Source: a virus
IMG/VR virus record: IMGVR_UViG_3300021964_000015
DNA: 64,000 bases
Direction: 5' to 3' (one strand)
The position numbers and the translations under genes are program-made. This document shows, one piece after another, positions 1 through 8,617 of the stretch. The notes under the pieces were generated by a model, which worked only from the letters and a program-made list of their open reading frames with translations, ran no database searches and was not told where the DNA came from. Within the stretch, counting starts at the first letter, position 1. Every line of letters starts with the position of its first letter.

Positions 1-743
1 TTAGCTGAGAATTGAGCGCCATATTCAACGTTAAATTTATCTGGATCACGCTGGCGTTCTAGATCAAGGAATTCACGAGAGATGGTTGGGTTCATCTCCC
101 ATGTTGGGAGGTTTACTGCTTGAAGGTGAGGAAATCTTCCTGATGCTGCTTCTTTGAAATGTTGATAGAAGAGTCCATCAGTTAGCCATGGTGAGGATAG
201 TTCAAGGATTTTGCCATCTTTACCGAACTGTGCAACTGCTGGCGAGAGTGCTTGATAAATGCCATTAGCGCCCGAGTTTGCATCTCCATCAACGGCAAAT
301 GCGAGTTCGTCAAACACGCAAGCGCAACATGCAAGACCACGAGCGGCCCTACCAGAAGTGGGAATTGCTTTGAATACACAACCATTGCTCATTTCTAATT
401 GATCTGCAGTTTCGCGGGCGATTTCTTGCGCGAAAGGGCTATCAAGGATGAGCTGACGGATGTTATTAAGGGCAATACGGCTTTGGTCTTGACTATTGGC
501 AACGGTAAGGACGTACCACTTTTCTCCTTTTCTTACTTTCGCTTTGTATTTATCTTCTAAAACAAAGCAAATGTAAACGCAGGCTACTGCGGCCATCAAC
601 GTTTTACCGCTGCGTCGTCCAAGTGCCCATGTTGCTTGTGAATAGCCTCCTGCGAAAAAGCTATCAAGAATTTCGGACTGTTTTGGATAGAGTTCAAGAC
701 GCAGAGCGTGCTTAGCGAAATCAGAGCAAGAAAGCCTGGTCAT
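1..743 (-). CDS. terL: Terminase large subunit, N-terminal ATPase part (runs off window edge)
   Basis: Translated by hand from ATG 743 (absent from ORF track): MTRLSCSDFAKHALRLELYPKQSEIL...ALGRRSGKT (Walker A)...CVFDE (Walker B)...LSSPW; open to position 1. Confidence 0.9.
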   Translation of the reverse strand, partial: MTRLSCSDFAKHALRLELYPKQSEILDSFFAGGYSQATWALGRRSGKTLMAAVACVYICFVLEDKYKAKVRKGEKWYVLTVANSQDQSRIALNNIRQLILDSPFAQEIARETADQLEMSNGCVFKAIPTSGRAARGLACCACVFDELAFAVDGDANSGANGIYQALSPAVAQFGKDGKILELSSPWLTDGLFYQHFKEAASGRFPHLQAVNLPTWEMNPTISREFLDLERQRDPDKFNVEYGAQFSA

Positions 744-804
744 CACTTATTTCCCAAGGTTTCATAACCTTCACAATGTTGATGCACAGTTGTTCATCAA
801 CTTT

Positions 805-810
805 TAGAAT
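805..810 (+). promoter_or_regulatory. Putative sigma70-type -10 box (TAGAAT) for the portal operon
   Basis: 24 nt upstream of ATG 835; the same TAnnnT spacing recurs before other left-arm genes. Confidence 0.45.
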
Positions 811-834
811 AGTCACATCTGTAAGATTTTAAGC

Positions 835-2715
835 ATGGCAGACATTACAAGCAGCGAGGATTTGGTGCAATTGGGCCACAATTCTGGATATGGAATGCGT
901 GCTGATGGTCTTCAGAATGTATTTACTGGCATGGGCACTAGTCGTGATAAAACGACTAGGACCACAGTTAAGCCAGTCACATTTATGGGGCATGAAGACC
1001 TTGAAGGTCTTTATGCGCATTGGTTGATGCGGCGCATTGTTGATCTAGTTGCAGATGAATGCACGCGAGAAGGATTTGAGATTTTATTTGGTGGTGAAGG
1101 CGTGAATGCAGAAACGCTTTCTGGCGTGGAGCAATCAATTGAAGATTTAGGCATTTTGCCCGCCTTTAATGAGGCGGCCAAAACATCACGACTTTATGGC
1201 GGCAGCGCACTTCTTTTGTACATCGATGATGGTCGTCCGTCTGATATGCCAGTGGACAAAAATAACATTCGTGCCGTTGAGGGCATGGAATGTTTGGACC
1301 GGCATCAAATTGCGCCAATCATTAGTGAAGATAGCCTCTATGACTATTCCAAGGCCACATATTATCAAATCATTTCAGGCGATTTAATTCAGCAGCCTAA
1401 TTTACGCGCCATTCATAAGGATAGGATTTTGCGTTTTGATGGCATTTGGTTGCCTTATCGCACCCGTCAGAAAAACTATGGATGGGGGATGAGTGTATTA
1501 CAAAGCGTGTATGAGAGCTTTAAGCATTACTACAGTGGCACTTCCTCCATTGCCACCCTTCTTACTGAATTTGACATTTTTGTGCACAAAGTGAGGGGCT
1601 TGGCTTCAATGCTTGCTGCTGGCAAGGAAAGTCAAGTGCGGGATAGGCTGCAGCTTAATGATATGAGCAAGAGCATTTATCGCGGCTATGCAATTGATGC
1701 GGAAAAAGAAGAGCTTGCTTTTGTTAGTCGTCAATTTGGTGGTGTTTCTGAAATCCTTGAAAAGCTAAGGATTGATATTATTGCTGCTTCTGGCATTCCA
1801 CACACATTGTTATTTGGCCAATCACCTTCTGGACTTGGTGCCACTGGTCGTAGTGAAGAACGTGATTTTGCAAAAGTTTGCCACCATTATCAGGAGACAA
1901 ATTTCCGGAAGCCATTGATGAAGCTGATGGAATACATCATGCTGAGCAAAAATGGCCCAACAAATGGTCGAATGCCAGACAATTGGCGAGTGAGCTTTAA
2001 GCCATTGTTTGAAATGAACGAAAGAGAGCTTGCTGACGTGAGAGCACGAGTGGCAGCAGTTGATGCTCGTTACATTCAAGTGGGAGTGCTTACGCCACAA
2101 GAAGTTGCTGATTCGCGGTTTGGAAAGAGCGAATACAGTATTGAGACCACCATTGATCCAAGTATTAAGCGGGAAATACCTGCAAAGGATGGTGGGAGCA
2201 GCGGCAAGATGGCAGTGCCTCCTGGTGGTCGTGATCCTTTGGATCAGGCAAATGGAAGCCTTCCAATGGATGGATCGCGTGATGCATCGCCTGACGCTTC
2301 GACGATGGATGAGGCTGGTTTGTATTTATCGAGAGATCTTGAAGCGGAACGCGGGGATGTTGAATTTAAAGACAAAGAGCTGCACAAAAAGGCAATTGCT
2401 GCAGCAAAGGCCAAGTTTAAGACTTGGCCTAGTGCAGTGGCTGGTGCTTATGTAACGCGAAAGTACAAAGAATTGTATAAGCGTAAGCATGGTTCATTGT
2501 CTGGTGCTTTCAAGGGTAAGAAGACCACTGCAGAGTATTTCAAGAAAGATGCCATCACTCCATTGAAGACTGAGGGCACCATTCTTGGTGGTATTGACGA
2601 AGCCGCGTTGATTTCCGAAGAGGACATCAATGCAGCATTGAATCAATGGAAACAGGAAGCTCCTGACAGGTTTAAGGACATCTTGGAGGCGGGTGATGTT
2701 GAGTCCGCTGAGTGA
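835..2715 (+). CDS. Phage portal protein (DUF1073/HI1409 type) with C-terminal extension
   Basis: Motifs RRIVDLVADECTREG, SRLYGGSALL, IHKDRILRFDG, GWGMSVLQ, AASGIPHTLLFGQSPSGLGATG; first gene of the head block. Confidence 0.88.
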   Translation: MADITSSEDLVQLGHNSGYGMRADGLQNVFTGMGTSRDKTTRTTVKPVTFMGHEDLEGLYAHWLMRRIVDLVADECTREGFEILFGGEGVNAETLSGVEQSIEDLGILPAFNEAAKTSRLYGGSALLLYIDDGRPSDMPVDKNNIRAVEGMECLDRHQIAPIISEDSLYDYSKATYYQIISGDLIQQPNLRAIHKDRILRFDGIWLPYRTRQKNYGWGMSVLQSVYESFKHYYSGTSSIATLLTEFDIFVHKVRGLASMLAAGKESQVRDRLQLNDMSKSIYRGYAIDAEKEELAFVSRQFGGVSEILEKLRIDIIAASGIPHTLLFGQSPSGLGATGRSEERDFAKVCHHYQETNFRKPLMKLMEYIMLSKNGPTNGRMPDNWRVSFKPLFEMNERELADVRARVAAVDARYIQVGVLTPQEVADSRFGKSEYSIETTIDPSIKREIPAKDGGSSGKMAVPPGGRDPLDQANGSLPMDGSRDASPDASTMDEAGLYLSRDLEAERGDVEFKDKELHKKAIAAAKAKFKTWPSAVAGAYVTRKYKELYKRKHGSLSGAFKGKKTTAEYFKKDAITPLKTEGTILGGIDEAALISEEDINAALNQWKQEAPDRFKDILEAGDVESAE

Positions 2716-3358
2716 TAGTTGGCCGCGTTTCGATGCGGAATGGTCTTATGACGCAAATTTAGGGCGCTATCGGCGCCCTTCTGGTCAATTCATGAGCGAA
2801 AAGGCCGTCATGGCTTTGATTGATGGTCGTATTGACAAGCTGGGACAAGATTTGCGTCGCTTTACAGAAATGATGATTGATGGCAATATCACCATTGATC
2901 AATGGCAAGGTAGCGTTCGTGAAGCAATTAAAGCTGCACACATTCAAACAACAATTCTTGGTCATGGCGGAAGGGAAAGCATGGGAAGTGCGGAATATGG
3001 CCGCATTGGTCAAAGGCTTCGTGCGGAATATCGTTATCTACAGAATTTTGCTGGCGACATTTTGGCTGGCCGCGTTTCTGCTGCCATGGCTCTTGCTCGC
3101 GTGCAGCTATATGCTGAAAGTGTGCGAAGTTCTTACTGGGAAGGTGCCAGTAATCGTCAAGCCCAGCAAGGCTACTCTTTAATGCGTAGGATTTTGGATC
3201 CACAGGCTGCGCATTGTGATGATTGCGTGCGTTATGCAAGAGCAGGATTGGTGCCATTAGGAAGTTTGCCAATGCCTGGTCAGCGTTGTGAATGCAAAGC
3301 TAGGTGCAAATGTTCTGTGCAGTACAAAAGAAACGCTGTACCGAGTAGTCCTGTGTAG
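2693..3358 (+). CDS. Minor head / head morphogenesis protein (Mu gpF/SPP1 gp7-like)
   Basis: Follows portal; C-terminal HCDDC...PMPG..CEC..RCKC cysteine motif. Confidence 0.7.
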   Translation: MMLSPLSDSWPRFDAEWSYDANLGRYRRPSGQFMSEKAVMALIDGRIDKLGQDLRRFTEMMIDGNITIDQWQGSVREAIKAAHIQTTILGHGGRESMGSAEYGRIGQRLRAEYRYLQNFAGDILAGRVSAAMALARVQLYAESVRSSYWEGASNRQAQQGYSLMRRILDPQAAHCDDCVRYARAGLVPLGSLPMPGQRCECKARCKCSVQYKRNAVPSSPV

Positions 3359-3395
3359 AAATGACGTCTAACATCATGCAAGACTTCATGGTGTT

Positions 3396-4592
3396 ATGGC
3401 AAAGATTTTGTATCACGGCGACGCAGCGGTGCAGACGGGATTTGGGCGAGTTGCTGAAAACCTGCTTCCCGAGCTAGCAAAGGAGCATGAAATTGTTGTA
3501 TGTGGAATCAATTGGTGGGGAGATCCCCATGATCTCCCTTATCGCATGTATCCAGCACATGCTGGTGGTTCCGATCCATTTGGTTCGCATCGTTTGCAGG
3601 AGCTTCTTGTGAAAGAGCGCCCTGATTTGGTGTTTGCCGTGAATGATATTTGGATTTTGAACAAGCTTTGGCGTGTGGCTAAGCCATTGAAAGAAAAGCT
3701 TGGCTTTAAGTGGTATGGATATTTTCCCACTGATAGCTATGGCTTTTTCCCAGAAGTGTTCAATGAATGCAAGGAATGGGATGGCATGGCTACTTACACT
3801 AATTTTGGTTTAGAGGAAGTGCGCAAAGCGGGGTGTGAAATGCCTTGTGACGTAATTCCTCATGGCATTAATCATTCGACATTCTTCCCGGTGAAGAAGG
3901 AAGAGGCACGTAAAGCACTTGGCCTTCCCGAAGATGCATTTTTTGTATTTAATGGCAACCGAAATCAACCACGTAAACGAATTGATTTGACCATCAAGGC
4001 ATTTATTAAGTTTGCTCTTGACAAGCCAGAGGCTCGACTGTGGTTGAATATGGGAGCAAAGGATCAAGGGTGGGATTTGATTCCCTTGTTTAAGCGTTTT
4101 TCTCGTGACTTTGGTTACGAGCCTACAGGCAAGTTGGTTTTAACCAGCAAGGATTTTGACGTGACAAACTGTCTTCCCATTGACAAACTAAATCTTGTTT
4201 ATAACGCTTGTGATATTGGCGTGAACACTTGCATTGGTGAAGGTTGGGGCCTTGTAAATTTTGAACACGCTGCAACTGGCGTGGCGCAAATTGTACCGGA
4301 CCACACATCGCTTAAGGAGATCTTCAATGAAATTCCTCGCATTCCCATTGAAAGCTGGGAGGTTGATTGCAATTATGGCCTTGACCGTGGCGTTCCTTCT
4401 GTCGATGGAATGGTGCAAATTCTTAATCACTACTACGAAAATCGCGAAGACCTTGAGAAAGTAGGCAAGTGGTGCTATTCTGCTTTGCAGCAGGAGAAGT
4501 ATCAATGGGAGAAGATTGGCGAGTCCGTGAGGACTATTGTCAACAACGTGCTGAAAGAAAGCACTGCTGGCAAGGGATTTGGTGATGCCTAA
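3396..4592 (+). CDS. Glycosyltransferase, GT-B fold (GT4-like)
   Basis: TGFGRV N-terminal motif, NRNQPRKRID, and EX7E motif EGWGLVNFE. Confidence 0.88.
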   Translation: MAKILYHGDAAVQTGFGRVAENLLPELAKEHEIVVCGINWWGDPHDLPYRMYPAHAGGSDPFGSHRLQELLVKERPDLVFAVNDIWILNKLWRVAKPLKEKLGFKWYGYFPTDSYGFFPEVFNECKEWDGMATYTNFGLEEVRKAGCEMPCDVIPHGINHSTFFPVKKEEARKALGLPEDAFFVFNGNRNQPRKRIDLTIKAFIKFALDKPEARLWLNMGAKDQGWDLIPLFKRFSRDFGYEPTGKLVLTSKDFDVTNCLPIDKLNLVYNACDIGVNTCIGEGWGLVNFEHAATGVAQIVPDHTSLKEIFNEIPRIPIESWEVDCNYGLDRGVPSVDGMVQILNHYYENREDLEKVGKWCYSALQQEKYQWEKIGESVRTIVNNVLKESTAGKGFGDA

Positions 4593-5271
4593 GCGCAAAA
4601 TTAGAGTGGGAATTCCCACTCTTTCTTGTTATGACAAGCTTATTTATTTGTGCGATCATTTGTTGAATGATGAGCACCCCCGCTTAGAGGCGGAGGTGCT
4701 CATTTTGGACAATGGCGGGCGAATGCAAAATAGCGGAGCTATAAATGAGCTTGCGGAACTTTGCGATACGGAGAAATGGAAGGTTGCAGTGCCTCCGTAT
4801 AACTTAGGCGTTGCAAAATCTTGGAACTATCTTATTAATCAGTTGAATCAATGCATCATTTCCAATGATGACGTGGTGTTTGGACTGAATGACATTGAAA
4901 TGTTCTTGGAGGCGGCAGATGCAAATCCCGGCTCTATCCTTTTGGAGACGAATCATCCAGTTGGAGGTTTTTCTACTTTCTACGTGAATCGCCCAGAGCT
5001 TTGGCTGTCAATGGGAGGGTTTGATGAATTATTTGCGCCTGCTTATTTTGAGGACAACGATTGCCGTTGGCGCTTGCTTGTTGAGAATAATCCGGCAGTA
5101 AAAGTTAATCTTCCCTCATGGAGTCACGACAATTCAAGTACTTTACATCGCGGAGATGATCATTACAAGCGCATGCATTGGTGCTGCTTTGAAAGGAACA
5201 AAGCTTATTACCAAGTGAAATGGGGCGGACTGCCTGGCAAGGAACAATTTACAACAGCATTTAACAAGTGA
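4585..5271 (+). CDS. Glycosyltransferase, GT-A fold (GT2-like)
   Basis: ILDNG, NLGVAKSWN, SNDDV (DxD-like), GGFDELFAPAYFEDND; overlaps the GT4 stop. Confidence 0.85.
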   Translation: MPKRKIRVGIPTLSCYDKLIYLCDHLLNDEHPRLEAEVLILDNGGRMQNSGAINELAELCDTEKWKVAVPPYNLGVAKSWNYLINQLNQCIISNDDVVFGLNDIEMFLEAADANPGSILLETNHPVGGFSTFYVNRPELWLSMGGFDELFAPAYFEDNDCRWRLLVENNPAVKVNLPSWSHDNSSTLHRGDDHYKRMHWCCFERNKAYYQVKWGGLPGKEQFTTAFNK

Positions 5272-5273
5272 TC

Positions 5274-5816
5274 ATGGCTCATTACGAACAGCAGCAATTC
5301 ATGGGAGCAATGCGTTACTCCCTTCCATCGTTCTTTATTGGCGGAAGGATTGTTGAAATTGGCAGCCTTGACATCAATGGAAGCGTTAGGCGCTTTTTTG
5401 AAAAGCCAAAAGAATACATTGGCATTGATGTGGGCGCTGGTCCTGGTGTTGACGTGGTGTGTGAAGGGCAGAATTACGATGGCGCCACCAGTAGTTTTGA
5501 TGTGGCGGTTTCAGCGGAATGCTTTGAGCACAATCCGTATTGGAAAGAAACCTTCTCGAACATGGTGCGAATGGTTCGAGATGAGGGGCTTGTGCTTATG
5601 ACTTGCGCAACAACTGGACGCCCGGAACACGGCACGACAAGGAGTCATGCTGGAAGTAGCCCTTTAACAGTGGCGAAAGGATGGGAATACTATCAGAATT
5701 TGACAGAGGAAGATTTTGAAGATACTTTTGATTTGGAAAACATGTTTTCGGAATATTGTTTTAATGTGAATAAGAATAGTCATGATCTTTATTTTTGGGG
5801 GATTGTCAAAAAATGA
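5274..5816 (+). CDS. Class I SAM-dependent methyltransferase
   Basis: VEIGSLDING (motif I), YIGIDVGAGPGVD, FDVAVSAECFEH. Confidence 0.85.
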   Translation: MAHYEQQQFMGAMRYSLPSFFIGGRIVEIGSLDINGSVRRFFEKPKEYIGIDVGAGPGVDVVCEGQNYDGATSSFDVAVSAECFEHNPYWKETFSNMVRMVRDEGLVLMTCATTGRPEHGTTRSHAGSSPLTVAKGWEYYQNLTEEDFEDTFDLENMFSEYCFNVNKNSHDLYFWGIVKK

Positions 5817-6109
5817 CTGCCAAGCAACGCCAGTCCAAGATGCGTAAGGTGATGAAAGAGTTTGCTGCGGGCACCCTTAAAAGCAGCTCTGGTGAAGTGG
5901 TGAAAAACCGCAAGCAAGCACTTGCCATTGCATTAAGCGAAGCTGGTATGAGCAAGGGTGACAAGAGCGACGCTTATTGGGACGCTTACATTGATACGAT
6001 GTGTGGCTCTATGAGCAAGGAAAACGCAGAAGAGGAGATGGATGAAAGTGCTGGTGAAAAGCGCTGCAAAGGCTACTTGGCTGCGGTTAAGAAAAACAAG
6101 AAAAAATAG
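5813..6109 (+). CDS. DUF6496-like small basic protein
   Basis: KVMKEFAAGTLKSSSGEVVKNRKQALAIALSEAG; ATGA/stop overlap with the methyltransferase. Confidence 0.7.
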   Translation: MTAKQRQSKMRKVMKEFAAGTLKSSSGEVVKNRKQALAIALSEAGMSKGDKSDAYWDAYIDTMCGSMSKENAEEEMDESAGEKRCKGYLAAVKKNKKK

Positions 6110-6164
6110 GATCTTGGATTGTTTCCATAGGCAATTGTGCGTTTAAGATGCACAAAAAGCGAAG

Positions 6165-6488
6165 TTGCCAGTGGACAACATCAGAGTGGTCAGGGAAGAA
6201 GAGGATGGCATTAATGTGATGGAGGCGTTGCAGATTTTGTCTCGCAACGCTCATCGCAACACTTCTAGGTGGGAACTTGTTGAGAAGCAAGTGTTTAAAA
6301 ATGGGCGATTAGAGGAAACGCATGAATATGTGGTGAGTGAATATGACACGCCTGATCCACAATTTGAGCCTGGCAAGTTTTTAATTTTTGAAGCTGTTGC
6401 AATGGCAAAGGCTTACATCATGGAAGGCATTGAAGAGCAACTTGCTGCCATTCGTGGTGAGGATGATGATGACGATGATGAGGACTAG
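6165..6488 (+). CDS. Hypothetical acidic protein
   Basis: Fills the gap, poly-Asp tail; start may be GTG 6171. Confidence 0.6.
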   Translation: MPVDNIRVVREEEDGINVMEALQILSRNAHRNTSRWELVEKQVFKNGRLEETHEYVVSEYDTPDPQFEPGKFLIFEAVAMAKAYIMEGIEEQLAAIRGEDDDDDDED

Positions 6489-6767
6489 TTAGTCGTTTGT
6501 TGCATGAACAACAAACGACGGATAGCCCATAAGCCATAAAACGCTTAAGCCAAAAACGCCACTCATCACTTTGATTTGAGCAACATCTGGCGCGAGGATG
6601 CCATTTTCAATGCGGGAAATGGTTGCTTGGTCGCAGAATAATAATTCCGAGAGAGATTGCTGAGACAGTCCGCAGTTAAGGCGAGCGTCCCGCACTCGGG
6701 AACCTATGAGCATTTTGGCTTCAGCGAGTGAAGATTTGGGACTTTTTACCTTTCTGGAACCGAGCAT
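6489..6767 (-). CDS. XRE/Cro-family helix-turn-helix regulator
   Basis: IGSRVRDARLNCGLSQQSLSELLFCDQATISRIENG. Confidence 0.85.
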   Translation of the reverse strand: MLGSRKVKSPKSSLAEAKMLIGSRVRDARLNCGLSQQSLSELLFCDQATISRIENGILAPDVAQIKVMSGVFGLSVLWLMGYPSFVVHATND

Positions 6768-6835
6768 TTTGCGTTTTTATGCAGACTAGCATATTAACTA
6801 CTATACTTTATAAATAAAGCCTTTACAGTATATGT

Positions 6836-8032
6836 ATGAGCACCACATCCTGCCGCTACGATTTTTCTCCCATTGAGAAATATGAAGTGACACCTGAAGG
6901 TTATCTTCGGGTGTGGGCTTCAATCGCTCGTACTGGTATTCAGCATTACACTGATGCTGATGGTTCTATCAGGAAGGAATACCGTCCTGAAACAGAAGTG
7001 GCGTCTCCGGAAAGCCTTGCCTCTTTTGCGGGGAAGGCAATCACTATGGAACATCCTCCTGTTCTTTTGGACAGTGAGAACACCAAAGATTACCAAATTG
7101 GCTTCACTGGTTCAGAAATTGTTTATGACAATGGCTTTGTTAAAGCTGTCATGACAGTTACTGATCGTGAAACCATTGAAAAGGTGACCAAAGGCGATGT
7201 TCGAGAAGTGAGCGCTGGCTACAGGGTTAATTATGATCCGACGCCAGGCGTTACCGATAGTGGCGAGCATTACGACGGCATCCAAAAGGAGATCAGTGGT
7301 AATCACGTTGCTATCGTTCGTCGTGGCCGTGCTGGCCCGCAGGTAAGGTTGCACTTGGATCGCCAAGATGCTGCTGACCCGTCTTTATTTTCTATTAAGG
7401 AAACCAAAACTATGAGCGCAAAAGTCGTTTTTGACGGCGCCGAGTTTGAGGTGAGTGAGAGCGTTGCTCTGGCGATCACCAAAGAACGCGAAGACGCCAA
7501 AATGTCCTACGAGGACATGAAAAAGAAGTACGACGAGCTGCAAGCTGCTGCTGATGCAATGAAGTCCGAAATGGATGACATGCATAAGGAGATGAAGTGC
7601 AAGAAAGATGCGGCTGATGGTCGCGCTGATGCACTGACTGAGCAAGTCGATTCCTTGAAGGCCGAACTGGAAGAAGCCAAGCAAATCAACGTTGATTCCA
7701 TCGTTGAAGAGCGTCTGGCTCTGATTTCCAAGGCTAAGCCTGTTCTTGATGCTGCCTATGAATTTGGCGGCAAAACTGCCCGTGAAGTGATGGTTGATGC
7801 CATCAAGGCTGTACGTGGCGATTCTGTTGCTTTGGACGAGCGTTCCGACGATTACGTTCTGGCAATGTTTGACACCATCTCTGAAGATGCTGCAAACCGC
7901 GCAGATTCGACTGAAGATCTGCGTAAAGCAGTGGCTTCCATTGCTACGCCTGCTTCTGCTCCTTCTTCTTACATTGAGAAGCTGCAGAATGCCTGGAAAT
8001 CCCCTCTCTCTGTCTCTAAGGAGGCTAAGTAA
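6836..8032 (+). CDS. DUF2213 prohead protease/scaffold
   Basis: TPEGYL, IARTGIQ.Y, ITMEHP, EVSAGY, NHVAIVRRGRAGP; coiled-coil acidic C-terminal half. Confidence 0.85.
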   Translation: MSTTSCRYDFSPIEKYEVTPEGYLRVWASIARTGIQHYTDADGSIRKEYRPETEVASPESLASFAGKAITMEHPPVLLDSENTKDYQIGFTGSEIVYDNGFVKAVMTVTDRETIEKVTKGDVREVSAGYRVNYDPTPGVTDSGEHYDGIQKEISGNHVAIVRRGRAGPQVRLHLDRQDAADPSLFSIKETKTMSAKVVFDGAEFEVSESVALAITKEREDAKMSYEDMKKKYDELQAAADAMKSEMDDMHKEMKCKKDAADGRADALTEQVDSLKAELEEAKQINVDSIVEERLALISKAKPVLDAAYEFGGKTAREVMVDAIKAVRGDSVALDERSDDYVLAMFDTISEDAANRADSTEDLRKAVASIATPASAPSSYIEKLQNAWKSPLSVSKEAK

Positions 8033-8035
8033 TCC

Positions 8036-8605
8036 ATGGCTGTTACCTTTACCACCAGCGCAGGTTCTGCAGGTGGCGTTCAGTCCAGCTATCCGCTGGA
8101 ACTGACTGCTGCACTGGAAGGCCAATTCGCTGACATTTCGGACAACAATGTTGCCACTTTCGTAAATGAAACTGGCGCCACTATTGCTTTTGGTGATCTG
8201 CTTGTTGTGAATGGTGCTGGCACCGTTGGCAACTCCGCCAAAACCATTGCTGCCACTGGCGACACCGTTGTGGGTGTGAATGCTCTCACCTACATCGAAG
8301 AGACTGTTCTTGATGCGAACAGCCGTCCCGGTGCTTCTAATGAGCAAGCTCTTAATGTGCTCAACAAAGGCGTGGTTGCTGTGTATGTGACCGGCGCTGT
8401 TGATTACACTTCGCCCGTTCGCGTGTACTACGTGACCAACACTGGCGCCACTGCTGGCGCACATCCTGGCCGCTTCTCGCATGCTTTTGTGAGCGGCAAG
8501 ACTCGCCGTCTTAGCGGCGCACGCTGGGTTTCCAAGACCACTGGTGCTGGCGTTGCTCTGCTGGAGCTGAACGGCCCTGATTTCACCCTCACCGCTGATT
8601 CCTGA
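8036..8605 (+). CDS. Capsid cement/decoration protein
   Basis: Between scaffold and major capsid genes; G/A/T/V-rich, strongly biased codons. Confidence 0.7.
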   Translation: MAVTFTTSAGSAGGVQSSYPLELTAALEGQFADISDNNVATFVNETGATIAFGDLLVVNGAGTVGNSAKTIAATGDTVVGVNALTYIEETVLDANSRPGASNEQALNVLNKGVVAVYVTGAVDYTSPVRVYYVTNTGATAGAHPGRFSHAFVSGKTRRLSGARWVSKTTGAGVALLELNGPDFTLTADS

Positions 8606-8617
8606 TAGGAGGACATA

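Noticed and set aside
835-2715. Anti-CBASS Acb1 call for the DUF1073 gene
   Set aside because: This family label often attaches to portals; no paired HxT phosphoesterase motifs are seen in the extension.
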